Source: Myxococcota bacterium
Lineage (GTDB): Bacteria; Myxococcota_A; UBA9160; UBA4427
Direction of reading: 5' to 3'
Length of the DNA: 64,000 nt
Assembly (NCBI GenBank): GCA_029268645.1
Contig: JAQWNI010000253.1
Location: 7,690 to 71,689, forward strand
The position numbers were made by a program, and so were the translations under genes. Shown one piece after another: positions 19,433 to 27,846 of this stretch. Every line of letters starts with the position of its first letter. The first letter of the stretch is position 1. The notes under the pieces are model-generated. The model saw only the letters and a list, made by a program, of their open reading frames with translations, ran no database searches and was not told the origin of the DNA.

Positions 19433-20640
19433 TGTTTGAAGCCATGAAGAAGACCGTCCACCCCGAGGTGGCTCGGATCTTGGAAGCCTGTCTCGAAGGT
19501 CGAGAGTTGCCAGAGGCGGATGCCGAGCGACTTTTGGTTGCAGAGGGTGGCGATCTACATGCCCTGATGTGGGCCGCAGACACCGTGCGCCGGGACGATG
19601 TTGGAGACGATGTGACCTATGTCGTCTGCCGAAACGTGAATTTCACGAATGTCTGCTACGTGGGCTGCTCGTTTTGCGGGTTTGCGCGGCACAAGCATCA
19701 GTCCGACGCCTATGACCACGACATCTCGACCCTCCTCGATAAGTGCGCCGAGGCGATCGAGCGGGGGGCGACTGAGATCTGTATGCAAGGTGGGATTCAC
19801 CCCAAGAAAAATCATGACGACTACCGCCGAGTTGTCCTGGCCATCAAGGAGCGGTTTCCGGAGCTGCACCTTCATGCTTTTTCTCCGGAGGAGATCGACT
19901 GGGGCCATCGAAAGAGCGACATGGAACTCCAGGACTATCTCCAATGGCTGATGGACGCGGGAGTGGGGAGCCTTCCCGGCACGGCGGCGGAAATTCTCGA
20001 CGATGAGATTCGAGACATTCTTTCCCCGCGAAAAATCAAGACACAGCGCTGGGTCGAAATCATTCGAACGGCCCACGGCTTGGGTTTACCGACGACCTCG
20101 ACGCTGATGTATGGCCACATCGAGCAGCCGCGTCATGTTGCTGCTCATCTGGGTTTGATTCGCGAGATCCAGAAGGAAACGGGCGGGTTTACAGAATTTG
20201 TTCCTCTCGGGTACATCCATGAGATGAATGATCTCTACAACGTGCTCGGCTCTCGCCCTGGTTCGACAGCGTTCGAAGACCTTCGCCTTGTGGCCGTCTC
20301 TCGGCTCTTCATGCGGTCCCATATTCAGAACATCCAAGTCAGCTGGGTGAAGATGGGTCACAAGCTGGGCCAGATGGCTCTGAGTGCCGGGGCCAACGAT
20401 TTTGGCGGCACCCTGATGGAGGAATCGATCAGCCGGGAATCGGGCTCCCAGTTCGGTGAAAACACCTCTCCGGAGGATTTCCGACGTTTGATCCGAGAAA
20501 TCGGGCGCACGCCGGTCGAGCGTTCAACCCTCTATCGATCCCTGCGGCGCTTCGATGACCCCGCCCTCGACCCCGCCGATGCTGAGGACAAGGCGTTCCG
20601 GGCATCCGAAGAAGCCTCTCGTTTGTCGGTCGCCCTGTAG
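19432..20640 (+). CDS. cofH: FO synthase subunit CofH, radical SAM
   Basis: VTYVVCRNVNFTNVCYVGCSFC, PGTAAEIL, NIQVSWVK, GANDFGGTLMEESISR; TGATG coupling to cofG. Confidence 0.9.
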   Translation: MFEAMKKTVHPEVARILEACLEGRELPEADAERLLVAEGGDLHALMWAADTVRRDDVGDDVTYVVCRNVNFTNVCYVGCSFCGFARHKHQSDAYDHDISTLLDKCAEAIERGATEICMQGGIHPKKNHDDYRRVVLAIKERFPELHLHAFSPEEIDWGHRKSDMELQDYLQWLMDAGVGSLPGTAAEILDDEIRDILSPRKIKTQRWVEIIRTAHGLGLPTTSTLMYGHIEQPRHVAAHLGLIREIQKETGGFTEFVPLGYIHEMNDLYNVLGSRPGSTAFEDLRLVAVSRLFMRSHIQNIQVSWVKMGHKLGQMALSAGANDFGGTLMEESISRESGSQFGENTSPEDFRRLIREIGRTPVERSTLYRSLRRFDDPALDPADAEDKAFRASEEASRLSVAL

Positions 20641-20664
20641 CCGCGCAGCTGGGTCTTAGCGGTT

Positions 20665-22185
20665 CTAGTCGAGCCGTTCGACCAAAGCCTCGATCTGATA
20701 GCGCAGCTTGGGCTTTTCAAGAATCCCGCGTTCGATCTTCGAAATCGCGTTTCGGACTGCCGGGTGATCCCGGCCGAGGGTTCGGGCGATTTCAGCCGTG
20801 GACGCATCGGTATACCGGTGGGCGAGATACATGGCGATCTGGCGTGGAATCAAGACCTGATGAGCCCGCGACCGGCCCCGAAGCCGATCGGGGCTGGTTT
20901 TGAAGAAGGATGAAACCAGATCAACGATCTCGGTCACCCGGCGGCCCTTCGGTGCCGAGGGCCGGTCGGCGCTCTTTTGAGCGATGGCCGTTTCGGTGAG
21001 CTCCAAATCGATCGGCTGCTTGAGTAGCGCGGCGGTCGTGACCAGCTGAATGAGGATGCCTTCGAGATCTCGGATGCTTCCCCGGGCCCCCGCTACCAGT
21101 CGATCAAGACATTCGGGCGGAAGCCGCCAGCCCCCGTGGGCTGCTTTGGCCCGAAAAAGGGAACGGCGGACCTGGGCATCCGGCGCCTCAAGCTCGGCAA
21201 CGAATCCGCCCATTAATTGTGAACGCAGCCGCGGGGCGAGCTGGGCCATTTCGCCTGGCATCCGGTCCCCGGTGATCACCACCTGCCCACCGGTATCGAG
21301 CACATGGGTCAGTGTGTGAAAAAATTCGAGCTGGGTGGCTTCCTTACGTTCGAGGAATTGAACGTCTTCCACCACCAGCAGCTGATTGCGGCCCCGATAG
21401 CGCTTCTTGAAGTCACCGGTTCGATTCGAACGAAGGGAGGCGAGGAACTGGTTGGTAAAGCCCTCGGCCGAAACGTATTGAACCGCCCGCGAGCCGAGCC
21501 GAGAAGCCTCTGCCGCGACGGCTCGTGCCAGATGGGTTTTCCCCATGCCGGAATCAGCACACAGGTAAAGCTGGTCCAGGTTTTGTTGTTGCTGATGCGC
21601 CACCGCGAAGGCGGCTTCTCGCGCCAAGGCATTGCAGGGGCCGACAACAAAGTTTTCAAATGTATAAACGGGACCCTTTTCCAGCACCGGTTGTTCCGAA
21701 GAGCGGTGCCCGAGGTGGGTCGCGGTTACCGAAGACTCGCCTCTTCGACCCGGGTGTACCCCTCCCCCTTGGGCGAGCTGTGAATCTGAAGGGGAAGGTC
21801 GCTGGGGCCCTTGGGCCGCCGGGGCGCAGGTGGCGCGTCGAGCCGTCCGTGACTCCGAGAGGCTCGGAACGGCTGCATTTTGATCCACATTGGACCCTGA
21901 TGCAGACTCGGCTCGACGCGCCCTCACCCCCAGCTGAATCTCAAGTGCCTCGGACCCCGCCAGCTCAGGTCTAGAGGAAACTTCTTTCTCGAAGCAGGCC
22001 TGGACGGCATCGAGGTAGTGCTTGCGGACCCTCTCGCGATGAAAACTTGAGGGACACACAATGAAGAGGGTGCGACCGTCCAACCGCGCATCGAGCGGTT
22101 CGATCCACGCCTCAAAAGAAAAGGGCGGTAGTTCATCTTGGAGACGGTGAAGGACACCGTTCCAGACCTTGGGGGTGAAGGTCAT
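20665..22185 (-). CDS. dnaA: DnaA-family protein (four domains; probable paralog, not the canonical initiator)
   Basis: Domain I W..V...L...F..W; YTFENFVVG..N; Walker A SGMGKTHL; VEDVQFL; RLRS; domain IV PRQIAMYL...GRDHPAV. Confidence 0.85.
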   Translation of the reverse strand: MTFTPKVWNGVLHRLQDELPPFSFEAWIEPLDARLDGRTLFIVCPSSFHRERVRKHYLDAVQACFEKEVSSRPELAGSEALEIQLGVRARRAESASGSNVDQNAAVPSLSESRTARRATCAPAAQGPQRPSPSDSQLAQGGGVHPGRRGESSVTATHLGHRSSEQPVLEKGPVYTFENFVVGPCNALAREAAFAVAHQQQQNLDQLYLCADSGMGKTHLARAVAAEASRLGSRAVQYVSAEGFTNQFLASLRSNRTGDFKKRYRGRNQLLVVEDVQFLERKEATQLEFFHTLTHVLDTGGQVVITGDRMPGEMAQLAPRLRSQLMGGFVAELEAPDAQVRRSLFRAKAAHGGWRLPPECLDRLVAGARGSIRDLEGILIQLVTTAALLKQPIDLELTETAIAQKSADRPSAPKGRRVTEIVDLVSSFFKTSPDRLRGRSRAHQVLIPRQIAMYLAHRYTDASTAEIARTLGRDHPAVRNAISKIERGILEKPKLRYQIEALVERLD

Positions 22186-22576
22186 TGGCTCCGAGAGGGG
22201 CTAACGGGGGAAGATGCGGACTTGTGGGGGAGTGTTCGACGACAACGATCACGCGAGTGCGTAAGAACGAAAGTCCAACCGAACGAAGCCGAGTAAACCA
22301 CAGCTCCCATCGCTTTCGCAAAGCTGAAATTCTCGATCGCGACCGAGACCTCAGCGAAGCTAAGGCTCTTCAGCAAGGGAAGTCCGAGCCTATTCTAAAC
22401 CGCTTTTTGTAAGTGAGAATTGCGTGGCAATCCGCATGAGTTTCGTTGAGGCTTGAAGCGAATTGGACCGACGCATTAAAGCGTCTTATGCATTTTGAAG
22501 ACAAGAATTGGTTTTTTTAAAACTCGACGAAACGGCGAATTTCGCGAATTTACGACAAAATGCGATTCTGTGCGTT

Positions 22577-23242
22577 TTATTGAATTTGGTCCGTCCCCGG
22601 ACTACTGAGGGTTTCTATTTCGGCGATCCGAAACTGCAACAAATCGCTCAGTATTGTCGCGCGTGTTTTGAGCCCGGCGGCTTCGAGAAGCCTTTGTTTC
22701 TCTAAAACACCGAAGTCCAAGCCCTGCGCGAGTGAACAAACAAGCGTTCCATCGTCCAACTCGCTCAGTTTGTCGAGAGTGGGCTGAACCTCGCCCGCCG
22801 GGGTCATCCGGCGCAACATTTCTTCCAGCCGAGTGCAAATGCCCGCGCGCAATTCGGTGAGGGGTTGGTCGGTTTCTGTTTCTTCGAGGTACTCGATTTG
22901 TGCGGTTCGATAGCCACGCTCGGCCGGGCGGGGAGGCTCCGCAATGATTTTGAAGCGATGGGTTGCGGTCAGGATCAGATTCCAAGTGCCGTCCGGCTCT
23001 TCTTCCGCACGGGAAATGATGCCCTCGCATCCGATCGGGAACAGATCGGGATCCTCGGGCATCTCGGACCGTCGTTCCGGGCGGACTGCAATCATCCCAA
23101 TCCGTCGATCGGATTGGATCGCCGCCCGAGTCATCTCTCGATACCTGGGTTCGAAGATATGAAGCGGAACATGGGTGCCAGGGAATAGAACGACGTTCCC
23201 AAGAGGAAAAATCGGAATCGTGTCGCGGGCCTGCTCGGACAT
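22577..23242 (-). CDS. Lon N-terminal substrate-binding domain protein (stand-alone)
   Basis: IPIFPLGNVVLFPG..VPLHIFEPRYREM, EKQRLLE; no ATPase or protease domain. Confidence 0.9.
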   Translation of the reverse strand: MSEQARDTIPIFPLGNVVLFPGTHVPLHIFEPRYREMTRAAIQSDRRIGMIAVRPERRSEMPEDPDLFPIGCEGIISRAEEEPDGTWNLILTATHRFKIIAEPPRPAERGYRTAQIEYLEETETDQPLTELRAGICTRLEEMLRRMTPAGEVQPTLDKLSELDDGTLVCSLAQGLDFGVLEKQRLLEAAGLKTRATILSDLLQFRIAEIETLSSPGTDQIQ

Positions 23243-23345
23243 AGGACTTCCTTAATTTGAAAGCTGTTCGCAGTGTACTGGCCCCCAGGTTCAAAGGGGC
23301 CTGACTTGACGTGGGCGGCTAGGCTCAACAGACTTGGGGTTGAGA

Positions 23346-23768
23346 ATGGATCAAAAAACCGCCCGCGAGTTGATGCGTCGACTGCGCCAAGATGCGGACC
23401 GCGTCTGCGAACGCTTTGGGTTGCGATACACGGCCCTCGAAGCTGAGCGGGGCAATGTCAAACGTCGTTACGGCATTTGCTACGCCGATGGAACGATCAA
23501 AATTCGACTGCGCCACGCTGCGAGCGGGCGCCCCCTCAAGTACTCGAGCCTCGTCAATACGCTCTGCCACGAGTTGGCACACCTGAGGCATTTCAACCAC
23601 GGGCCGCAGTTTCGAGGGTTCTATCAAGAACTCTTGAACTGGGCCAGGGCCGAGGGCATTTACAGGCCGCGAATCGCAGGAGCGGTCGCCCCGGAGGCGC
23701 GACGGGCCCAGAACCCCGATCGCCTTGTAGAGCAGAGAGCCTCGCCTCGTCAGCTGAGCCTGTTCTAA
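23346..23768 (+). CDS. WLM/Wss1-like (minigluzincin) zinc metalloprotease with C-terminal QLSLF
   Basis: I.IRLR...TLCHELAHLRHFNHGPQF (HEXXH plus third His); ends RQLSLF-stop. Confidence 0.8.
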   Translation: MDQKTARELMRRLRQDADRVCERFGLRYTALEAERGNVKRRYGICYADGTIKIRLRHAASGRPLKYSSLVNTLCHELAHLRHFNHGPQFRGFYQELLNWARAEGIYRPRIAGAVAPEARRAQNPDRLVEQRASPRQLSLF

Positions 23769-23799
23769 AACGAATTCGAAGAATTCAATTGGGGCTTCT

Positions 23800-24012
23800 T
23801 TACCCCGCCATGCGATCCTTCTGTTCGTCGTACTCTTCGAGGTTGTTCGGCCCCTCGATCACCTTGCTGACGATTTCGTCGCACGCGATCGACTTATCGA
23901 GCACCTCGGCGATCAGACCTTCGACCGTCAACTCGTCGAATTCCGCTAGAGCTTCTTCAAGACCCTGTTCAGAGACAGAGAACTCCACGCTCATCTTGAT
24001 CTTCACGTCCAT
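23800..24012 (-). CDS. Small acidic hypothetical protein (70 aa)
   Basis: GGGAGG RBS upstream of ATG 24012; protein-like composition (19 D/E, 6 K/R). Confidence 0.7.
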   Translation of the reverse strand: MDVKIKMSVEFSVSEQGLEEALAEFDELTVEGLIAEVLDKSIACDEIVSKVIEGPNNLEEYDEQKDRMAG

Positions 24013-24429
24013 GATCCGTCGCCTCCCTCGCTCTCGTCTTCCGAAGATTTTCTGATCCCGCTGCGGGACCGGGTTTTCAGACCACTTCGGACAAACGAAT
24101 CGCGGCGATACTTTCGTGTGCGGCGCCTCTTCTCCCAAAGGACCGCTCGGGTCCTCGGAAAAATGAGACGGTGCAAAGTTTCTAACAGTTCTAATCTTTA
24201 TCCGCGGGACTCGATCACCCTTCAGGGAGCCCGAGTTTCCCTACGGTTGTCATCGGCGGACAGCAAACCACCCCACTGCGAACCGGCTAGCCAGCCCCTT
24301 TCGGAGCCCGCCGCGCACTTGCAGCAATGGGGCCAAATTCATAAGTGCTTGAATTAGCTTGTACTATTGCGTCCGCGGCGAATCATACACCAGTCGCTGG
24401 CCAGCGGCTACGCGATTTCGACGCATTTT

Positions 24430-24473
24430 CAGCCGTTTGGGCGGGTTCTCTGCGGAATCGGCCCAAACGGCTG
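24430..24473. terminator. 13-bp inverted repeat right after the thiC stop (terminator or stabilising hairpin)
   Basis: CAGCCGTTTGGGC...GCCCAAACGGCTG; no clear U-tract on the thiC strand. Confidence 0.5.
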
Positions 24474-24476
24474 GTC

Positions 24477-26270
24477 TCAAGGAAGCGGGGCCTCGAGCGG
24501 ATCCAAGGCGGCCTCCTCCAGCGAGTCCCCCAGGGTTTTCTCGTTTTGGAGTGCCTGGGCCTGTTCGTCGTCCCGAATCTCGCTGTGGCACGCTGCCCGG
24601 TTGCCCTCCGTCGTCATCGCTTCTTTGGTCTTATTCGCAAGGCGGTGGAGCTCCTCCGGGTCGAGGACCCCACGGGTCTGAAGGATCCGCTTCTGATCCT
24701 CGGACAGGGCATCCGAAACGCGAGGCTTATCCCACGCGTACTCCGCATCTTTTCCGGAGACGAAAGAGCTGATTTCCTTGCTGATTCGCACAGCACACCA
24801 GTCGTGGCCGCACATTGCGCAGAAATCAGTATCGACGTCCATGTCTTCGTCGTGAAGCGCGCGGGCGGTATCGGTGTCGAAGGCGAGATTGAAGTGCTTC
24901 TCCCAGTTGAGTGCGGCCCGAGCCTTGGTCAACTCATCGTCCCAGTCTCGTGTCCCGGGAATTCCCAGGGCGATGTCGGCGGAGTGGGCAGCAATCCGGT
25001 ACGCGACGCAGCCTTGCTTCACGTCCTCCCGCTTGGGGAGGCCCAAGTGTTCTTTGGGAGTCACATAGCAGAGCATGCTAGCGCCATGGTAGGCGGCCGA
25101 GGTTGCGCCAATGGCACTGGTGATGTGGTCGTAGCCCGGGAACACGTCGGTGACCAATGGGCCGAGTACATAGAACGGCGCACCGTGGCAGACCTGGCGT
25201 TGCAGCTTCATGTTGTATTCGATCTGGTCAAAGGGCACGTGCCCCGGCCCTTCGATCATGACCTGGACACCCTGACGCCAGGCTTGCTCAGTGAGTTCGC
25301 CGAGGGCAGAAAGCTCTCCGAGTTGCGCGACGTCGGTTGCGTCAGCAAGCCCCCCGGGTCGGAGACCGTCGCCGATCGAGAAAGTGACGTCATAACGACG
25401 CATGACCTGGCAAATATCATCCCAGATTTCGGCCATCAGGTTTTCACGGCCGTGGTGGAGCATCCACTTGGCCAGCAGGGAGCCCCCCCGGCTCACGATG
25501 CCAATCAATCGCTGGGCCACGCCGTCTAGGTGGGCGCGGCGCACGCCGGCATGGATCGTGAAGTAGTCGACACCCTGTTGGGCCTGGTGCTCCAGGACCG
25601 ACAGCACTGTCTCCCGGTCGAGATCTTCGATCTTTTTGTCGAGAATCATCGAGTAAATCGGAACGGTCCCAATCGGCGCCGTCGAGGCCTCGATGATCGC
25701 TTTCCGGGTGACGTCCAGATCTCCCCCGGTGGAGAGGTCCATGACGGTGTCGGCGCCCCATCGAAGCGCCCAGTCCAGTTTGTCGACCTCTTCCCCGGTG
25801 CCGCTTGAAACAGGCGAAGCGCCCATGTTGGCATTGATCTTTGTGCGAGTGGCTCGTCCGATCGCCATCGGGTCCAGCTTCATTCCCAGGTGCATGCGGT
25901 TCGCGGGAATGACCATGCGCCCGGCCGCCACCTCCTCGCGCACTTGATCCGCAGTTAAATGAGGTTCACGTTCCGCGACTCGTCGCATCTCATGTGTGGT
26001 CGTTCCCAGCCGGGCGAACTCAAGCTGCGTCACAGGCTCGAAGCCCTCCGGGGCTTGCCAGCGACCTTCTACGCGCTGCCAGTCTTCGGGCATGAAGTCC
26101 CATGCCGTCCGGCCCGAAGGCTCGGGCATGCCAGGCGTATCGGGTGAAGAATAGGCCCGAGGCCCCCCAACATCGGGTGCGTTGGCGAAACTTCCGGGGT
26201 TAGTGCCCTGGAGCCGACTCGAAGGATTTCCCCCGATATGCGGCAGTGGTCGATGGATGGATTCAGACAC
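24477..26270 (-). CDS. thiC: Phosphomethylpyrimidine synthase ThiC
   Basis: KINANMG, ADTVMDLSTGG, GTVPIY, SRGGS, GDGLRPG, EGPGHVP, YVTPKEHLGLP, CAMCGHDWC; AGGGAGG RBS before GTG 26270. Confidence 0.96.
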   Translation of the reverse strand: MSESIHRPLPHIGGNPSSRLQGTNPGSFANAPDVGGPRAYSSPDTPGMPEPSGRTAWDFMPEDWQRVEGRWQAPEGFEPVTQLEFARLGTTTHEMRRVAEREPHLTADQVREEVAAGRMVIPANRMHLGMKLDPMAIGRATRTKINANMGASPVSSGTGEEVDKLDWALRWGADTVMDLSTGGDLDVTRKAIIEASTAPIGTVPIYSMILDKKIEDLDRETVLSVLEHQAQQGVDYFTIHAGVRRAHLDGVAQRLIGIVSRGGSLLAKWMLHHGRENLMAEIWDDICQVMRRYDVTFSIGDGLRPGGLADATDVAQLGELSALGELTEQAWRQGVQVMIEGPGHVPFDQIEYNMKLQRQVCHGAPFYVLGPLVTDVFPGYDHITSAIGATSAAYHGASMLCYVTPKEHLGLPKREDVKQGCVAYRIAAHSADIALGIPGTRDWDDELTKARAALNWEKHFNLAFDTDTARALHDEDMDVDTDFCAMCGHDWCAVRISKEISSFVSGKDAEYAWDKPRVSDALSEDQKRILQTRGVLDPEELHRLANKTKEAMTTEGNRAACHSEIRDDEQAQALQNEKTLGDSLEEAALDPLEAPLP

Positions 26271-26403
26271 GAGCCCCCCTCCCTTTTTTAGGTTGACGAG
26301 CGAGGTAGGGAACGCAGGGAGAAACCCGCGGTCGACTCGACGCTCACCATGAGGCCTCCCGCCGAACGCGGCCAAGAGGCGATATGAGAACGGAGCGCCG
26401 GTC

Positions 26404-26550
26404 GAGCCTTCCCTACGCTTCCGGACCGAAAAACCGAACAACGCTTTCCCGCCGATGCGAGTGGATTGCTAGGCCATCCGAAAAGATCAGGTTCAAAGGG
26501 TGTGTTCTCAGGCCGTCGCCATAAAATAGAAACGACCACCCCCAGGCTCC
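26404..26550 (-). ncRNA. TPP riboswitch (THI element) with expanded P5/L5
   Basis: Minus strand reads GGAGCC-TGGGGGTG...CTGAGA.CACACCC.TTGAACCTGATC...GCGTAGGGAA-GGCTC; P1 GAGCC/GGCTC; directly upstream of thiC. Confidence 0.9.
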
Positions 26551-26709
26551 GTCTTAACCTCGAAGGCTAACACTTGTCCCGCGCACTGGCGCCCCTGGGT
26601 ATGAATTCCGCTTGGTTCCTTTCGTTTGGGTTGGCGGAGCGGCAGCGGTGGCGGTTTACTTCTTGAACAGGCCGTGAACGGATCGGCCCTGAACTCTCGA
26701 GGCATCGAA

Positions 26710-27234
26710 TTGAAACGCTTTGGATTTCTGTTTTTGCTGTTGTGGACCGTTGGGCTGGCTCCCTCCGGCTGTGACCGCAACATTGCTCCCTATCAACCGG
26801 GAGAGAGCCCTCAGGCACCGGATTTGGCGAGGATCTTCCCCGCCCCCGAGGTCTCTGCCTTACCTGAGGGCGAGCCTGCTCGCCCCGCCCCGACGGGACG
26901 GAGCGGGGCTTCAGTCCGGGGCACCGTTTTTGCCGAGGGCGCGGCGCCGGAGGCGCCGGGGGCGGTTCTCTTCATTATTGCGCGCCCGGCGGGGGCCGCT
27001 GGCGGACCTCCTCTGGCAGTGGTCCGGATTCCTTCCCCGGAACTGCCATTTGATTTCGAGATCGGGCCGAAGGACGTCATGATTCCGTCGATGACCTTCG
27101 AGGGACCGATCGAATTGACGGCCCGTCTCGATGGAGATGGGAACGCCAGTACTCGAGCCGCCGGGGATCGGGAAACAGTTGAGCAGGTTGCGGTCGCGCC
27201 GGGCGATGCGGGCGTGACGCTCCGACTGCAGTGA
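26710..27234 (+). CDS. Probable lipoprotein with CcmI/CycH C-terminal-like domain
   Basis: Signal with PSGC lipobox-like site; VLFIIAR...PPLAVVRI..LPFDF...M.P....LTARLD.DG. Start inferred. Confidence 0.6.
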   Translation: MKRFGFLFLLLWTVGLAPSGCDRNIAPYQPGESPQAPDLARIFPAPEVSALPEGEPARPAPTGRSGASVRGTVFAEGAAPEAPGAVLFIIARPAGAAGGPPLAVVRIPSPELPFDFEIGPKDVMIPSMTFEGPIELTARLDGDGNASTRAAGDRETVEQVAVAPGDAGVTLRLQ

Positions 27235-27265
27235 CGGGCTTCGCTCGAGAAAGGATCCACGTTTC

Positions 27266-27829
27266 ATGAAAGCGCCCCCTCCTTGGCGTCACGGTCCCGT
27301 TGAACAACTGAGTGATTGCCGAGTGTTCACCGTGGGTTCTTCGGCGGCGATTTCGCCGACGACAGGCCTCGAGCACACCTTCTATCGGATTGACTCGGTC
27401 GATTGGGTCAACGTGATCCCGGTCACGCCCGAGGGCGAGATTGTGATGGTCCGGCAGTATCGCCACGGCAAGCGGGATCTCACCCTCGAAATCCCGGGCG
27501 GGATGATTGACCTTGGGGAGGATCCGGCGGCGGCCGGAGCGCGTGAGCTGCTCGAGGAAACCGGTTACCGCGGAGGCCCCCCGGAACCCTTTGGCGGGGT
27601 CAACCCTAATCCCGCCCTGTTTGGCAACGTGTGTCATACCTTTGTGATTCCGCAGGTGGAAGCCGTTGCGGAGATTCAGAATGGTCCGACCGAGGAGACC
27701 GTCGTCGAGCGAGTTCCCATTGACCAGCTAAGGGGACTCCTTGCGGCAGGCGAAATTGATCACGCATTGGTTCACGTGGCGTTGTACCGGTTTCTTTTGG
27801 AGCGCGGAGAGGTCGACTACTCCACCTAA
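27266..27829 (+). CDS. NUDIX hydrolase (ADP-ribose pyrophosphatase-like)
   Basis: VRQYRH, LEIPGG.ID.GE....GARELLEETGY Nudix box. Confidence 0.9.
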   Translation: MKAPPPWRHGPVEQLSDCRVFTVGSSAAISPTTGLEHTFYRIDSVDWVNVIPVTPEGEIVMVRQYRHGKRDLTLEIPGGMIDLGEDPAAAGARELLEETGYRGGPPEPFGGVNPNPALFGNVCHTFVIPQVEAVAEIQNGPTEETVVERVPIDQLRGLLAAGEIDHALVHVALYRFLLERGEVDYST

Positions 27830-27846
27830 GTTCCCGGATCTTGACT

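Noticed and set aside
19432..20640. MqnC/MqnE (futalosine pathway) assignment
   Set aside because: Direct coupling to a clear cofG and CofH-type motifs favour FO synthase.
22186..22576. oriC next to the dnaA-like gene
   Set aside because: AT-rich, but no canonical DnaA-box cluster and no dnaN/gyrB context; kept only as a speculative finding.
24345..25529. 394-aa plus-strand ORF
   Set aside because: Antisense shadow of thiC with no recognisable motifs.
26271..26441. N-terminal 57 codons of the 654-aa thiC ORF
   Set aside because: Overlaps the riboswitch and its expression platform; the RBS supports a start at 26270.
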